DNA of 52,426 bases from a bacterium (GCA_041946805.1 JBHGBC010000069.1:1-52426), one strand, 5' to 3'. Shown: positions 31,727-40,447, counted from the first letter of the stretch. Numbers and translations: made by a program. The notes: generated by a model from the sequence alone, not told the origin.

Positions 31727-32045
31727 GCCCCGCTGACTTCTTTACCCGCTCCGAAGTAACTCTCGGTGTACTTATCTCGATACAGCCAATGAATTGGGTG
31801 ATCCTATCCCTTTCTCCAAGGGCCGTCGGCTCTTATCAGTTTAGCGTATACCCGAATTATAAATCCAAACGTGCATCTCCATCTCGGATACGATTCTCAT
31901 ATCTCTCATCTAACTCTTTTCAAATCAATCACTTATCGATTTTCTCCTCCCCTCTCCCTCTCCATTAATCTCCATTTCTTGCGGCGCGTTCTCCATGAGT
32001 AGCAGCAATTGATCCCAATCAGCCGAATCGTAAGGATTCCACAGG

Positions 32046-32522
32046 ATGAGCAACGCCAATCCCCTCCCCGGCATTCCCGAACCATGGGCGGCCGTGCTGA
32101 ACGTCAGGCAATTGGCCCTGCATGGCGCGCGGCTCGCGTCCACCCTCCAATCGCAATCTCAAAAATTGGAACAACAATCCCAGGAAATCGACCGCTTGGT
32201 CCGCGAAAACCAACGCCTGCTTCGCTTGGCGGACATCGGCCGGCGCGACCTGGACCAACGCAAGCATGAAATTTTACACCGCCTGCGGGCCGTGGTCCTC
32301 TACACCGGCGGCCAGGAACGCCTGCGCGCCATGGAACGGCTGCTGGCCCAGGACGAGACCGATCCCGCCGAGGTGGCCCACTGGCACCAGCAGGTCACCA
32401 CGGAATTCAACGCGCTGTACCCCACGCGCCCCTGTTCCCGGATTTCTGCCGATATTCCTGCGGGCAAGTTGAACACCCGGGACTGGACCGCCTACCGCCT
32501 CCGCGTGGGATCCACCGAATGA
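32046..32522 (+). CDS. Putative capsid scaffolding protein (coiled coil)
   Basis: Coiled coil 'LADIGRRDLDQRKHEILHRL', ending 'FNALYPTRP...WTAYRL'. Occupies the scaffold position just before the decoration and capsid genes. Confidence 0.5.
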   Translation: MSNANPLPGIPEPWAAVLNVRQLALHGARLASTLQSQSQKLEQQSQEIDRLVRENQRLLRLADIGRRDLDQRKHEILHRLRAVVLYTGGQERLRAMERLLAQDETDPAEVAHWHQQVTTEFNALYPTRPCSRISADIPAGKLNTRDWTAYRLRVGSTE

Positions 32523-32594
32523 CATTGAGATCCAACGGTTGATCATGCGCGTGCAGCGCATGAATCCTGGGATGATTACGACAAAAGTCATCAA

Positions 32595-32631
32595 TTCCCT
32601 CTCCCTCTGGGAAAGGGATAGGGTGAGGGAA
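32595..32631 (-). repeat. boxC-like repeat inside the phage-like cluster
   Basis: TTCCCTCTCCCTCTGGGAAAGGGATAGGGTGAGGGAA. Confidence 0.85.
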
Positions 32632-32722
32632 GGCCTTTCGCTTCCCAATTCCCCTGCAAACAACCACACAAATCCATGCCAACCAATTAGTGAATCAGAA
32701 ATTGCTGATCAAGGAGGACCCC

Positions 32723-33124
32723 ATGACCCGAACGATCGACAACCATGGCATCGGAGCGCTGTACGGCACCTTCGCCGTCACCGAAACCGGCGGCGTGTAT
32801 GACCTGGATTCGGACAACCTCGGCGACGCCGTGAGCCTGGCGGACAGCAACCGGATCCACCACGGCAGCGACGGCGGCCAACTGCTCGGCCGGCTGGAGT
32901 ATGTGGCCGGCGGGCTGGCGACCGTGCAGATCCGGGGCGTGGCGCGTTTCAAGATCAACACCGGCAAAACCGCCCCCAGCGTCGGCAACGGGGTAGTGGT
33001 GGACGGCGCGGGGAAGGTGTACCAGGCCCCGGCGGTCGCGGGCGATCCGGCGGGCGGCAACATCGCCCGCGGCATGGTCATCGCCGTGGACTTGGCCAAC
33101 CACACCTGCGACGTGCTGCTGTAA
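32723..33124 (+). CDS. Putative capsid decoration/cement protein
   Basis: AAGGAGG RBS; 133-aa Gly-rich beta protein (GIGALYGTF, GDAVSL, ATVQIRG, VVVDGAGKV, VIAVD...CDVLL) directly upstream of the capsid gene. Confidence 0.7.
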   Translation: MTRTIDNHGIGALYGTFAVTETGGVYDLDSDNLGDAVSLADSNRIHHGSDGGQLLGRLEYVAGGLATVQIRGVARFKINTGKTAPSVGNGVVVDGAGKVYQAPAVAGDPAGGNIARGMVIAVDLANHTCDVLL

Positions 33125-33169
33125 TCCCTGTTTCTCGAACCAGTCCAATCCTGATAAGGAGATCCATCC

Positions 33170-34234
33170 ATGTTTTTTCCGGAAGATAAATTGAACGCCC
33201 TGCCTGAAGAATTGCACCGCGCGGCCGCCATTCCCCTGCATGAGGGCATGTACGCCGAGGCCGCCCAGCGCGGCCTGGATCTGACCGGCTACCTCGAAAC
33301 CCTCGATCCCTCTCCCGGCGGCGCCACTCTTGACGCCTTCGAACGCCAGCTGGCCTTGACCGGCATCCGCGTCAACGGCGACAGCGCGGACATCGTGGAC
33401 CGCTTCTTCGCCTCGCAGGAAAGCGCGGTCTTGTTCCCCGAGTTCGTTTCCCGCGCCGTGCGCGCCGGTTTCGAGGACTTCAGCCCCCTGCGCGCCATCC
33501 TGGCCGCCCGTGTCAAGATCGACGACAACACCTACAAGAGCATCTACATGGATGACTCGGTGTACCAGGAGGGCGAGAAGTCTCTGGCCGTGGCCTCGGA
33601 AGGCGCATCGCTGCCCGCCATCGAATTGAAAACCGCCGAGCACACCGTCCTGATCAAAAAATACGGACGCTACCTGCAGGCCACCTACGAAGCCATCCGC
33701 CGCAAGCGCGCCAATGTGGTGGCCATTTTCCTGCGCGGCATCGGCGTCCAGATCCAGCGCGACAAGTTCAAGGATGCGGTCCAGGTGCTGATCGACGGCG
33801 ACGGCAACAACAATCCCGCCCCCGCCGTCGATGTCGAAACCAGCGGCGCCCTGGCGTACGGCGACCTGGTGTCGTTCGCCCTCTCCTTCGCGCCCTACCG
33901 CATGGACGTGATGCTCTGCAATCCTGCCACCGCCGCCACGCTCCTCACAGTCGAGCCAATCGCCGAGCCCGCCATCTCCGGCGGCTTCCAGACTCAAGGC
34001 GAACGGGTGCGGCTCTTCGGCGCGGAGCTGATCGTGGACGCCTCGGTTCCGGATAACCTGATCATCGGCCTCGACCGCCGGTTCGCCTTGCAGGAGGTGT
34101 ACGAAACCGGCGTGCTCACCGAAAGCGAACGTCTCATCCGCCGCCAGATCGAAGGCGCCGCCATTTCCGAGGTGGCCGGCTTCGCCAAGGTCATCACCAG
34201 CGCCGCCAAGGTGCTCGACATCGGCCAGGCATAA
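33170..34234 (+). CDS. Phage major capsid protein (HK97 fold)
   Basis: TAAGGAG RBS; LDAFERQL, SAVLFPEFVSRAVR, VASEGASLP, KKYGRYLQATYEAIR, LIDGDGN, GLDRRFAL match a capsid family I recall from Firmicutes prophage-like elements. Confidence 0.85.
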   Translation: MFFPEDKLNALPEELHRAAAIPLHEGMYAEAAQRGLDLTGYLETLDPSPGGATLDAFERQLALTGIRVNGDSADIVDRFFASQESAVLFPEFVSRAVRAGFEDFSPLRAILAARVKIDDNTYKSIYMDDSVYQEGEKSLAVASEGASLPAIELKTAEHTVLIKKYGRYLQATYEAIRRKRANVVAIFLRGIGVQIQRDKFKDAVQVLIDGDGNNNPAPAVDVETSGALAYGDLVSFALSFAPYRMDVMLCNPATAATLLTVEPIAEPAISGGFQTQGERVRLFGAELIVDASVPDNLIIGLDRRFALQEVYETGVLTESERLIRRQIEGAAISEVAGFAKVITSAAKVLDIGQA

Positions 34235-34245
34235 GCCGTCCAACC

Positions 34246-34307
34246 GCGCGAGGGGGGAAGCGGCGGGATTATACAGCGGGCGTCCCGCCGGCTCTCCCCC
34301 CTCGCGC
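34246..34307 (+). terminator. Long GC-rich hairpin just after the capsid stop (stabiliser/attenuator)
   Basis: GCGCGAGGGGGGAAGCGGCGGGA pairs with TCCCGCCGGCTCTCCCCCCTCGCGC (about 23 bp, two bulges). No U-tract. Confidence 0.55.
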
Positions 34308-34320
34308 CCTTGGTTAGGAA

Positions 34321-34346
34321 GTAGGGGCGGACCTTCGTGTCCGCCC
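34321..34346 (+). repeat. GTAG-type REP hairpin
   Basis: GTAGGGGCGGAC-CTTCGT-GTCCGCCC; partial copy at 23912. Confidence 0.7.
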
Positions 34347-34385
34347 GGGAAATCCATTTCCCTTCGTCTGTTTGGGAGTTCAACC

Positions 34386-34778
34386 ATGGCGTTTGTATCC
34401 GAACACGAAGCGCGGCGGGAATGCGGCCTGTGCAATTTCAGCCAAGTGCCTTCGGACCTGCTGCGCAGGAACCTGGAAAAAGCGCACCGGGAAATTCTGG
34501 AGCAGACCACGCTGACGGAGGAAAGCCCGGTTCCGGACGAGGTCAAACGGGCCGAGGCGCTGCTGGGCGTGTCGCACGCTTTGCGGGCGCTGGCGGTCTC
34601 GTCCACACTCACCGCCCAGGACTGGCGGACCAGGAATCTGCGGATGGACGAGCCTTCCCGCGTTCAGGGGTTGGCGGATCTCTCGCGGCAACTCTGGCGC
34701 GATGCCTGGGACCGATTACGTCCCTGGTTGAAAACGCGCGCGCCCGGAGCGCTGCTGGTGACGCCGGGAGACGAATGA
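34386..34778 (+). CDS. Putative head-completion/head-tail connector protein
   Basis: 130-aa helical ORF right after the capsid gene (FVSEHEAR, VPDEVKRAEALL, LRPWL). Position and size fit gp6/gp15-like adaptors. Confidence 0.5.
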   Translation: MAFVSEHEARRECGLCNFSQVPSDLLRRNLEKAHREILEQTTLTEESPVPDEVKRAEALLGVSHALRALAVSSTLTAQDWRTRNLRMDEPSRVQGLADLSRQLWRDAWDRLRPWLKTRAPGALLVTPGDE

Positions 34779-35458
34779 TGATCAAGATCGGTGATTTTCA
34801 ATTTCCCGGATCCGCCACCGAATGCCAGGTCAGTGTGATCGAGGCCAAAAGCAAGGTCCGGAAGGAAATCCAGATCCGCTCCCTGCTGCGCGCGGATTCC
34901 TCCGGGGACCTGGATCTCGCCCTCGCGGATTTGCGTCACGCCGTGGAAGCCTTCGACAAACAGGACGCCGCGGTCTCTCTTCATCCCGGCCGCTACTACC
35001 ACGGACGGCGGAGAGAGTTCCATGTGATCCCGGTCCCCTCGGGCCTCGCCGCCTGGATCGAACTGATGATCCTCACGCTGGACCGCTACGAGCGGGGACT
35101 GACCTTGTACACGCAGGAGAGTACAGCCGCGTTCGGTCAAGGCCGGTTCTCCCTGTTCAACCGTGGGAACTGGCAGGCGCCGTTGTTCCTCACCTTCGAA
35201 CCGGATGCCTCTCTCGACCGGCTGCAAATCCTGACCGCCGACGATTTCCTCTCCTTGGAAGAAACCTTGCCCGCGGGACAGGTGATCACCGTCGATTCCG
35301 AGAAACGCGAACTCCTGGTTCAGGGCCGCAACCGCTACTCCCTCGCCAACGGCCGTTTTCCGTTTCTGCGGCCGGGGATCAACGCGCTCACGGTCCAATT
35401 TCATCCCACGTCCGCGAAAGTCCGCTGCGTCATTCGGTACCGGGACTATTGGGTATAA
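34775..35458 (+). CDS. Distal tail (Dit/Sipho_tail)-like protein
   Basis: ATGA overlap with the upstream gene; C-terminal NRGNWQAP, GQVITVDSEK, FPFLRPGINAL, YRDYWV resemble siphophage Dit. Confidence 0.65.
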   Translation: MMIKIGDFQFPGSATECQVSVIEAKSKVRKEIQIRSLLRADSSGDLDLALADLRHAVEAFDKQDAAVSLHPGRYYHGRRREFHVIPVPSGLAAWIELMILTLDRYERGLTLYTQESTAAFGQGRFSLFNRGNWQAPLFLTFEPDASLDRLQILTADDFLSLEETLPAGQVITVDSEKRELLVQGRNRYSLANGRFPFLRPGINALTVQFHPTSAKVRCVIRYRDYWV

Positions 35459-35463
35459 TCAAG

Positions 35464-35516
35464 CCCCTCTCCCTCTGGAGCCCCTCTCCCTCTGGAAGAG
35501 GGGCAGGGTGAGGGAA
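35464..35516 (-). repeat. boxC-like repeat with a tandemly duplicated arm
   Basis: CCCCTCTCCCTCTGGA twice, then AGAGGGGCAGGGTGAGGGAA. Confidence 0.85.
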
Positions 35517-35544
35517 TGCCAGCCAATATAGGAGAGAGGTCCTT

Positions 35545-36531
35545 ATGACTTTGCATGCATGCTCAAAAAACCTTGACCATCCTCCCGCCACCGTCATTAC
35601 CCGGAGCCAACCGGGATTCGAAGACGCCCCGCCCACGAACGCGGACCTGGAGGCCATCAACCGCTTCGCCGCCGTTCCCCTTCGGCCGGAGCAGGTCTAT
35701 GTGCGCAGCATGTATCTCTGCTCGTCCCAGCCCTGCTCCTCGGACGGCTGCCAATTCACCCGCGGGGCGTTGGAAGAAATCGCCGAACGCATCGTGGGTC
35801 AATCGGTGCTCACCGGCCACGACCGTTCTGGTTTGCCCCTCGCCCGGTTTTTCAAGGCGGCGGTGGTGGAACGCGGATCGGGCGAAGACGGCGAACCGCT
35901 GCTCTTCGTCCGCGCCTGGTTCTACTGGCTGCGGGACACCAGCGGCGCGAAAGATCTGCTGCTCAACATCGATGGCGGCATTTACCGCGAAGTCTCGCTG
36001 GCGTGGAAATATGATTCCTGGCGCTGTTCGATCTGCCACGCCGCCAACGGCGCGTGCGGCCACCGCCCCGGCGAACGGTACGGCAGCCGGACCTGCTACC
36101 GCCTCATCGACCACGTCACCGAGGTGCTGGAAGGTTCGCTGGTCTACAAAAGCGCGGACCGCGACACCTTCCTCGCCGGCGCGCGGATCGCCCCGCCGGA
36201 TCCGCGTGACGAACACCTCTTACTGGTCTGCGGCTCCGATGATCCCCTGCTGGCCTGGTTGCGGGAGGCCGGCCTGGTCGAAGAATCCCACCGGGCTGAG
36301 GAATGGTTGGAGCCGCTCGCCGGAAGCGCCGATATTCTCTGGGTGCGTGGCCACTCTAAGACGGAAGCGGAACGGATCGCCCGGCAAACCCTATTCCCCG
36401 GCGGATGCTGCCTCGCGGAGATTTTACAGCCCGCGGGAAACGAATTGGATCATCCCGTGGAAACCTGGATCTTCACGCGGGACGCCTCGCACCGGATCAC
36501 ACTGACCGGACTCGCTGAACGGGAGGTGTGA
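35545..36531 (+). CDS. Prohead (maturation) protease with Zn-finger insertion and an unusual C-terminal domain
   Basis: DLEAINRF...EQVYV, FTRGALEE, GHD (His), REVS (Ser), CSIC..CGH..C, EGSLV: HK97-type protease layout. Confidence 0.7.
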   Translation: MTLHACSKNLDHPPATVITRSQPGFEDAPPTNADLEAINRFAAVPLRPEQVYVRSMYLCSSQPCSSDGCQFTRGALEEIAERIVGQSVLTGHDRSGLPLARFFKAAVVERGSGEDGEPLLFVRAWFYWLRDTSGAKDLLLNIDGGIYREVSLAWKYDSWRCSICHAANGACGHRPGERYGSRTCYRLIDHVTEVLEGSLVYKSADRDTFLAGARIAPPDPRDEHLLLVCGSDDPLLAWLREAGLVEESHRAEEWLEPLAGSADILWVRGHSKTEAERIARQTLFPGGCCLAEILQPAGNELDHPVETWIFTRDASHRITLTGLAEREV

Positions 36532-36532
36532 G

Positions 36533-37330
36533 ATGCCGCGCTATGGCCGGTACGATCCGCAAAATCCAAACAACGCGTCATCCATGTTCGTCTTTCAAGA
36601 AGTCCCCCTGACTTCCGCCAAGATGAACCGCTGGAACGGCAACCTGGCGGCCGCCTTTGAATTATTGCATCAGATTGGCGGGCGCCTGCTGGCCCAGGCC
36701 AATCCCGCGGTGATCACGGTGAATGACGATTCACCTCTGCGCGTGACCGCCTCCTCGCCTCCGCAAATGACCGTGCGGGTGGAGCCGGGCTGGGCGGTGT
36801 TGGGGACCTCCTTTGCGGGGATCGATGAACCGATGACGGTTCCCTTGGGCGGGACCTTCTCCCCCCCTGTCAACGCGTCCCGTGTTGACTTGGTGATGCT
36901 CACGGATCAGGGAGAAATCGAGGTGGTCACCGGCGTGGAATCCGATCCGCCCCTTGCTCCGGAAACACCGGTGGATGCTCTGCCCCTCGCCCGGATCGTC
37001 CTCCGCGTGGGCAAGGATCAAATCCTGGACGCGGATGACGGCCTCCATTCGTACATCGTGGATGTCCGCCCGCGGCGGCTGCTGGGCGAGGCCCACCGCC
37101 ACGCTCCCGACCGCCAGCCGCCCGAAACGCCGGATGGCGTACGCCAGGCCTTCTCCACGCGCCACGTCTTCCGGCCGGGAACCCTGGATGTGTTCGTCAA
37201 TGGCGTGTTGCAGGCGCGGGACGTGGATTATACGGAAAACCCGGACCGCCGCGGCTATGTCTTCACGACTGCCCCCCACGGCCATTTCCGCATTCAGCAC
37301 CGGTATGTCGTCGAATCTGAATTGGAGTAA
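36533..37330 (+). CDS. Phage minor tail/baseplate-like protein
   Basis: VTASSPPQMTVRVEPGWA, RVDLV, APETP..ALPLARI, and a C-terminal DG....F...LDVFVNGVLQ...DYTE virion-type module. Confidence 0.6.
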   Translation: MPRYGRYDPQNPNNASSMFVFQEVPLTSAKMNRWNGNLAAAFELLHQIGGRLLAQANPAVITVNDDSPLRVTASSPPQMTVRVEPGWAVLGTSFAGIDEPMTVPLGGTFSPPVNASRVDLVMLTDQGEIEVVTGVESDPPLAPETPVDALPLARIVLRVGKDQILDADDGLHSYIVDVRPRRLLGEAHRHAPDRQPPETPDGVRQAFSTRHVFRPGTLDVFVNGVLQARDVDYTENPDRRGYVFTTAPHGHFRIQHRYVVESELE

Positions 37331-37379
37331 CCGGATTTCTCCCCCGAAGACCGGGGGAGGGAAGGAGGGGGTTGAAACG

Positions 37380-37453
37380 GTAGAGGGGGTTGAGCAACGC
37401 GAAACCCACTAAATCTTGGTCATCTTGGTCATCCTGGCCATCCGGATTCAGAC
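37380..37453 (+). repeat. Composite repeat: REP-like hairpin plus 9-bp-period CATCCTGnn array ending GATTCAGAC
   Basis: GGGTTGAGCAACGCGAAACCC followed by ATCTTGGTCATCTTGGTCATCCTGGCCATCCGGATTCAGAC. Confidence 0.75.
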
Positions 37454-37511
37454 AATGCAGGATAAATTCGCGCGCAGCGCATCGGTCATCGCAACCACCT
37501 GTTTTATACAA

Positions 37512-37545
37512 TCCCTCTCCCTTTGGAAAAGGGACAGGGTGCGGG
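37512..37545 (-). repeat. boxC-like repeat (degenerate)
   Basis: TCCCTCTCCCTTTGGAAAAGGGACAGGGTGCGGG. Confidence 0.7.
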
Positions 37546-37676
37546 TAAGCCTTTTCGCCGTGCTTCCACCTCCCGGACGGCGCATTGACCCTCACCAACA
37601 CTACTGGTTCCCCCTTTCCGCGGGGATGCCATTCCAGAAAGAAAATGAATCACTCATCAAGGAAAGGATTTGTATC

Positions 37677-38516
37677 ATGCCTATCCTCCATCTCCTTAAC
37701 ATCCTATGCGGGCTTGCCGTAGCCATTCTCCCCGCGCGCGCGCAAACCGTCATCGCCAAGGAGCAGATCGAAGATGCCTTCCTGCTCAAGACCGGCGGCT
37801 TCGTGTATGGCGATCTCACCGCCGCCACGTCGACGATCCGGGCGCAAACCTTGGCGATCGTCACGAAAACCGGTACTTTCCACATCTCGCAGGACGGGCC
37901 GAACCTCGTGCTGCGCTCCAACGTGGACCTGGTTCTCGATCCCTCCGACAACGGCCGCGCCGGCGCGGTGATCGTCCCCGCCACGATGATGGAATTTCCG
38001 GACTTCCTCGGCGACAAGATCCGCTTCTTCAGCCACTCCTACAAGATCGGTATTTCCCCCTTCGATCTGGACATCACCTCCGACCGGAACATCAAGTTCC
38101 ACTCGGACACGGTTCCGGATTTGATGCAGATCCTGGGCGACGAAGGCAACGTGGAGATCAAGCAGGATCTGAAATCCGGCCGGGACATGATTTCCGGCAG
38201 GGTCTTCAAGTTCGCCGAGGATGAACCAGGCGATAAAATGCTGTTGTACGACACGCTCTACAAGCTGGCCGTCTCACCCGACACGTTCGATTTCTACTCG
38301 GACTGGATGTTCGCCTGGCACAGCGACACCCTGAGCAACGCCCTGACCCTCGACGCCGAAACCGGCCGCCTCACCCTGGCCGGCCCGCTGCAATTGCCGG
38401 TTTACGGCACGCTGCCCGATGGCAACGTGGGCGAGCTGATCTATTTCGACCACCCCGCCGATGACAACCAGGACGGCGCGTACATCTACACATCCACCGG
38501 CTGGCAAAAACTGTGA
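37677..38516 (+). CDS. Tail-fibre-like protein with an N-terminal signal peptide
   Basis: GAAAGGA RBS; MPILHLLNILCGLAVAILPARA-Q; FLLKTGG..YGDLT; internal duplication (GDKIRFFSHSYKIGISP / GDKMLLYDTLYKLAVSP); ends GELIYFD...YTSTGWQKL. Confidence 0.5.
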   Translation: MPILHLLNILCGLAVAILPARAQTVIAKEQIEDAFLLKTGGFVYGDLTAATSTIRAQTLAIVTKTGTFHISQDGPNLVLRSNVDLVLDPSDNGRAGAVIVPATMMEFPDFLGDKIRFFSHSYKIGISPFDLDITSDRNIKFHSDTVPDLMQILGDEGNVEIKQDLKSGRDMISGRVFKFAEDEPGDKMLLYDTLYKLAVSPDTFDFYSDWMFAWHSDTLSNALTLDAETGRLTLAGPLQLPVYGTLPDGNVGELIYFDHPADDNQDGAYIYTSTGWQKL

Positions 38517-38645
38517 AGGAAATCACCCGTGTCTTGACGTGGCTGGGTTAACGCGCCAGCGCGTAACCCATCATGATCCCTACGAAGGCAACGGGATGTG
38601 ATCGAATTCCTCCCCCAATGGTTGTAGGAAAGGGTTGCAACTGGA

Positions 38646-38716
38646 GGGTGGGTAGAGCCTCGCGAAGCCCATCACATCCTGGTCATCCTGTGCATCCTGA
38701 CCATCCTGATTCAGAC
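38646..38716 (+). repeat. Composite repeat: REP-like hairpin plus CATCCTGnn array
   Basis: GGGTGGGTAGAGCCTCGCGAAGCCCATC followed by CATCCTGGTCATCCTGTGCATCCTGACCATCCTGATTCAGAC. Confidence 0.8.
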
Positions 38717-38740
38717 TAACATATTCCACCGGAGGCTCCC

Positions 38741-38998
38741 ATGAACGGATCCGAACCCAAATACACCAGCGAATACGTGGAAATCCAAACCTCGCTGGAA
38801 CACATCCGCACCAAACTCGAGAGCATCGAACACACCCTGCGGGATATCCACCATGCGTATATCGACCTGACGCATAAGGTTGAACGCAATCGCATCGACA
38901 TCGCCGGCGTCAAGGCCGGCGCGGCGGTGGTGGGAGGCCTGGCGGGCACCGCCTTCGCCCTGCTCAGCCGCCTGCTCTCCTCCTGGAAGGCCGGATGA
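38741..38998 (+). CDS. Small coiled-coil plus C-terminal TM protein (XhlA/holin-like)
   Basis: GGAGG RBS; heptad stretch, then AGAAVVGGLAGTAFALL and a basic tail. Confidence 0.55.
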   Translation: MNGSEPKYTSEYVEIQTSLEHIRTKLESIEHTLRDIHHAYIDLTHKVERNRIDIAGVKAGAAVVGGLAGTAFALLSRLLSSWKAG

Positions 38999-39053
38999 GC
39001 CAGGGGACGGATTCTCTTTGTGGATGGGGTACCGCCCCCGCGCGGTATCCTCC

Positions 39054-39097
39054 CACATCCTGGTCATCCTGTGCATCCTGACCATCCTGATTCAGAC
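39054..39097 (+). repeat. CATCCTGnn array
   Basis: 44 bp identical to 38673-38716. Confidence 0.85.
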
Positions 39098-39127
39098 AAT
39101 CCAACTTCACCCGAAAGGAACCCAACC

Positions 39128-39955
39128 ATGAATAAATCCGGCCTCGCTTTTCTGCTCGTCATTTTCTGTTCCATCTTCGTCCACGCGCAAGCTTTCCAGG
39201 GCGTTTTTGAAAAAGGAGATACCATCCCCTTCTGGGCGCTCTTCGCCGATCCCGCCACCGGCGCGCCCGCCGACCCCGCCGATCCCGCGTACCGCATTCT
39301 GAAAAACGGCCAGACAGTCGCCCTAGGAAACCTCTCGCTGGTGCTGACCGGCCTCGCCGCCGGCTCGTACTCCACCGCCAGCGATGATCCCGGCCGCTAC
39401 GCCATCCTCATTTCCGGCCTGGTCAACGGCGTCACGGCGCAAATTCTGCAAACCTACGAACTGGTGAACGCCGGGGCGGGCCTGGTCTCCATCGCCACCG
39501 AAGTGGCCGGCCTCAACGGCCTCACGCCCATGACCGAAAACGTGTTCGTTCCCTACCTCAACGAAATCCTCGCCCGGGTCCACGATTCCGCCGCCTCGGT
39601 GACACAGGAAATCGCGGCGCAGGTCGAAGCGGCCAGCACGGCGCTGGGGATCCGGCTCGATGAAACACGGCGCGAATCCTCCATCGCCGCGCGCGAACTC
39701 TCCCGCGCCCGCCTCTGGTACGCCGCCGGCACCATCGACTCGCTGTCGCGCAAGGTCCCGGCCGACATGCCTTCGCACATGGAGATCGACATCGCCGCGC
39801 CGGATGATCCCCTCTTCACCGCGCCGCTCGAGACCTTCTTCCGGATTTTCTATTACCCCAACGCCTCCACCGCCACCAAGGCCTCCCGCGAAATCCGCTC
39901 CGCCACGCCGCCCGCCGACGGGATGTTTTATCTGCTGCCTGATCTGCCGTGGTGA
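39128..39955 (+). CDS. Hypothetical protein with signal peptide and Ig-like N-terminal domain
   Basis: GAAAGGA RBS; MNKSGLAFLLVIFCSIFVHA-Q; 'DPATGAPADP...GSYST...PGRYAI' Ig-like segment, then a helical region. Confidence 0.6.
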   Translation: MNKSGLAFLLVIFCSIFVHAQAFQGVFEKGDTIPFWALFADPATGAPADPADPAYRILKNGQTVALGNLSLVLTGLAAGSYSTASDDPGRYAILISGLVNGVTAQILQTYELVNAGAGLVSIATEVAGLNGLTPMTENVFVPYLNEILARVHDSAASVTQEIAAQVEAASTALGIRLDETRRESSIAARELSRARLWYAAGTIDSLSRKVPADMPSHMEIDIAAPDDPLFTAPLETFFRIFYYPNASTATKASREIRSATPPADGMFYLLPDLPW

Positions 39956-40079
39956 TCCGAATCGGAGATTTCGTGACGAACGGCTCATGGAAATCCAGCA
40001 CTTTTTTTCAAGCGCTAACGGCGCGGATCACGTGTAGCCTGCGACGCAAGCCCATGGATGCCTGCCGCGAAAATTCCCT

Positions 40080-40115
40080 CCCTCTCCCTCTGGGAGAGGA
40101 TCAGGGTGAGGGGAA
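40080..40115 (-). repeat. boxC-like repeat
   Basis: CCCTCTCCCTCTGGGAGAGGATCAGGGTGAGGGGAA. Confidence 0.8.
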
Positions 40116-40237
40116 TCCCTGAAACGGCGAAATACATCCGATCTGTTCCGTCGAATAAGTAGATACCTAGTGTGATGGAGAAAGAGATTGGAAAAACTCA
40201 ACTTCTCCTAAAACCAATCCAGTGAGGTGAAACCAAC

Positions 40238-40447
40238 ATGACTGATTCAAACCATGATCCCTATCCGCTTCCCTTGGACGATCCCCTCCCGCGCCGGACC
40301 CCCCGGATCCTGGGCCGGCCCCTTGAGGGAAAGGAGAACATCCTCACCGGGAAAAGTTATTCCATCTCGTTGGATGTCTCCTTGCCGTTCCGCCATACCG
40401 TCCTGGTCCGGTTTCCACGCCGGCCGTTTTGGGAGCAACAATCATGA
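40238..40447 (+). CDS. Small hypothetical protein
   Basis: GAGGTG RBS; stop overlaps the next ATG (ATGA). Confidence 0.45.
   Translation: MTDSNHDPYPLPLDDPLPRRTPRILGRPLEGKENILTGKSYSISLDVSLPFRHTVLVRFPRRPFWEQQS

Noticed and set aside
33170..34234. Classical encapsulin (family 1/2) operon
   Set aside because: No cargo enzyme nearby, and protease, Dit-like and baseplate-like neighbours indicate a tailed-phage origin.
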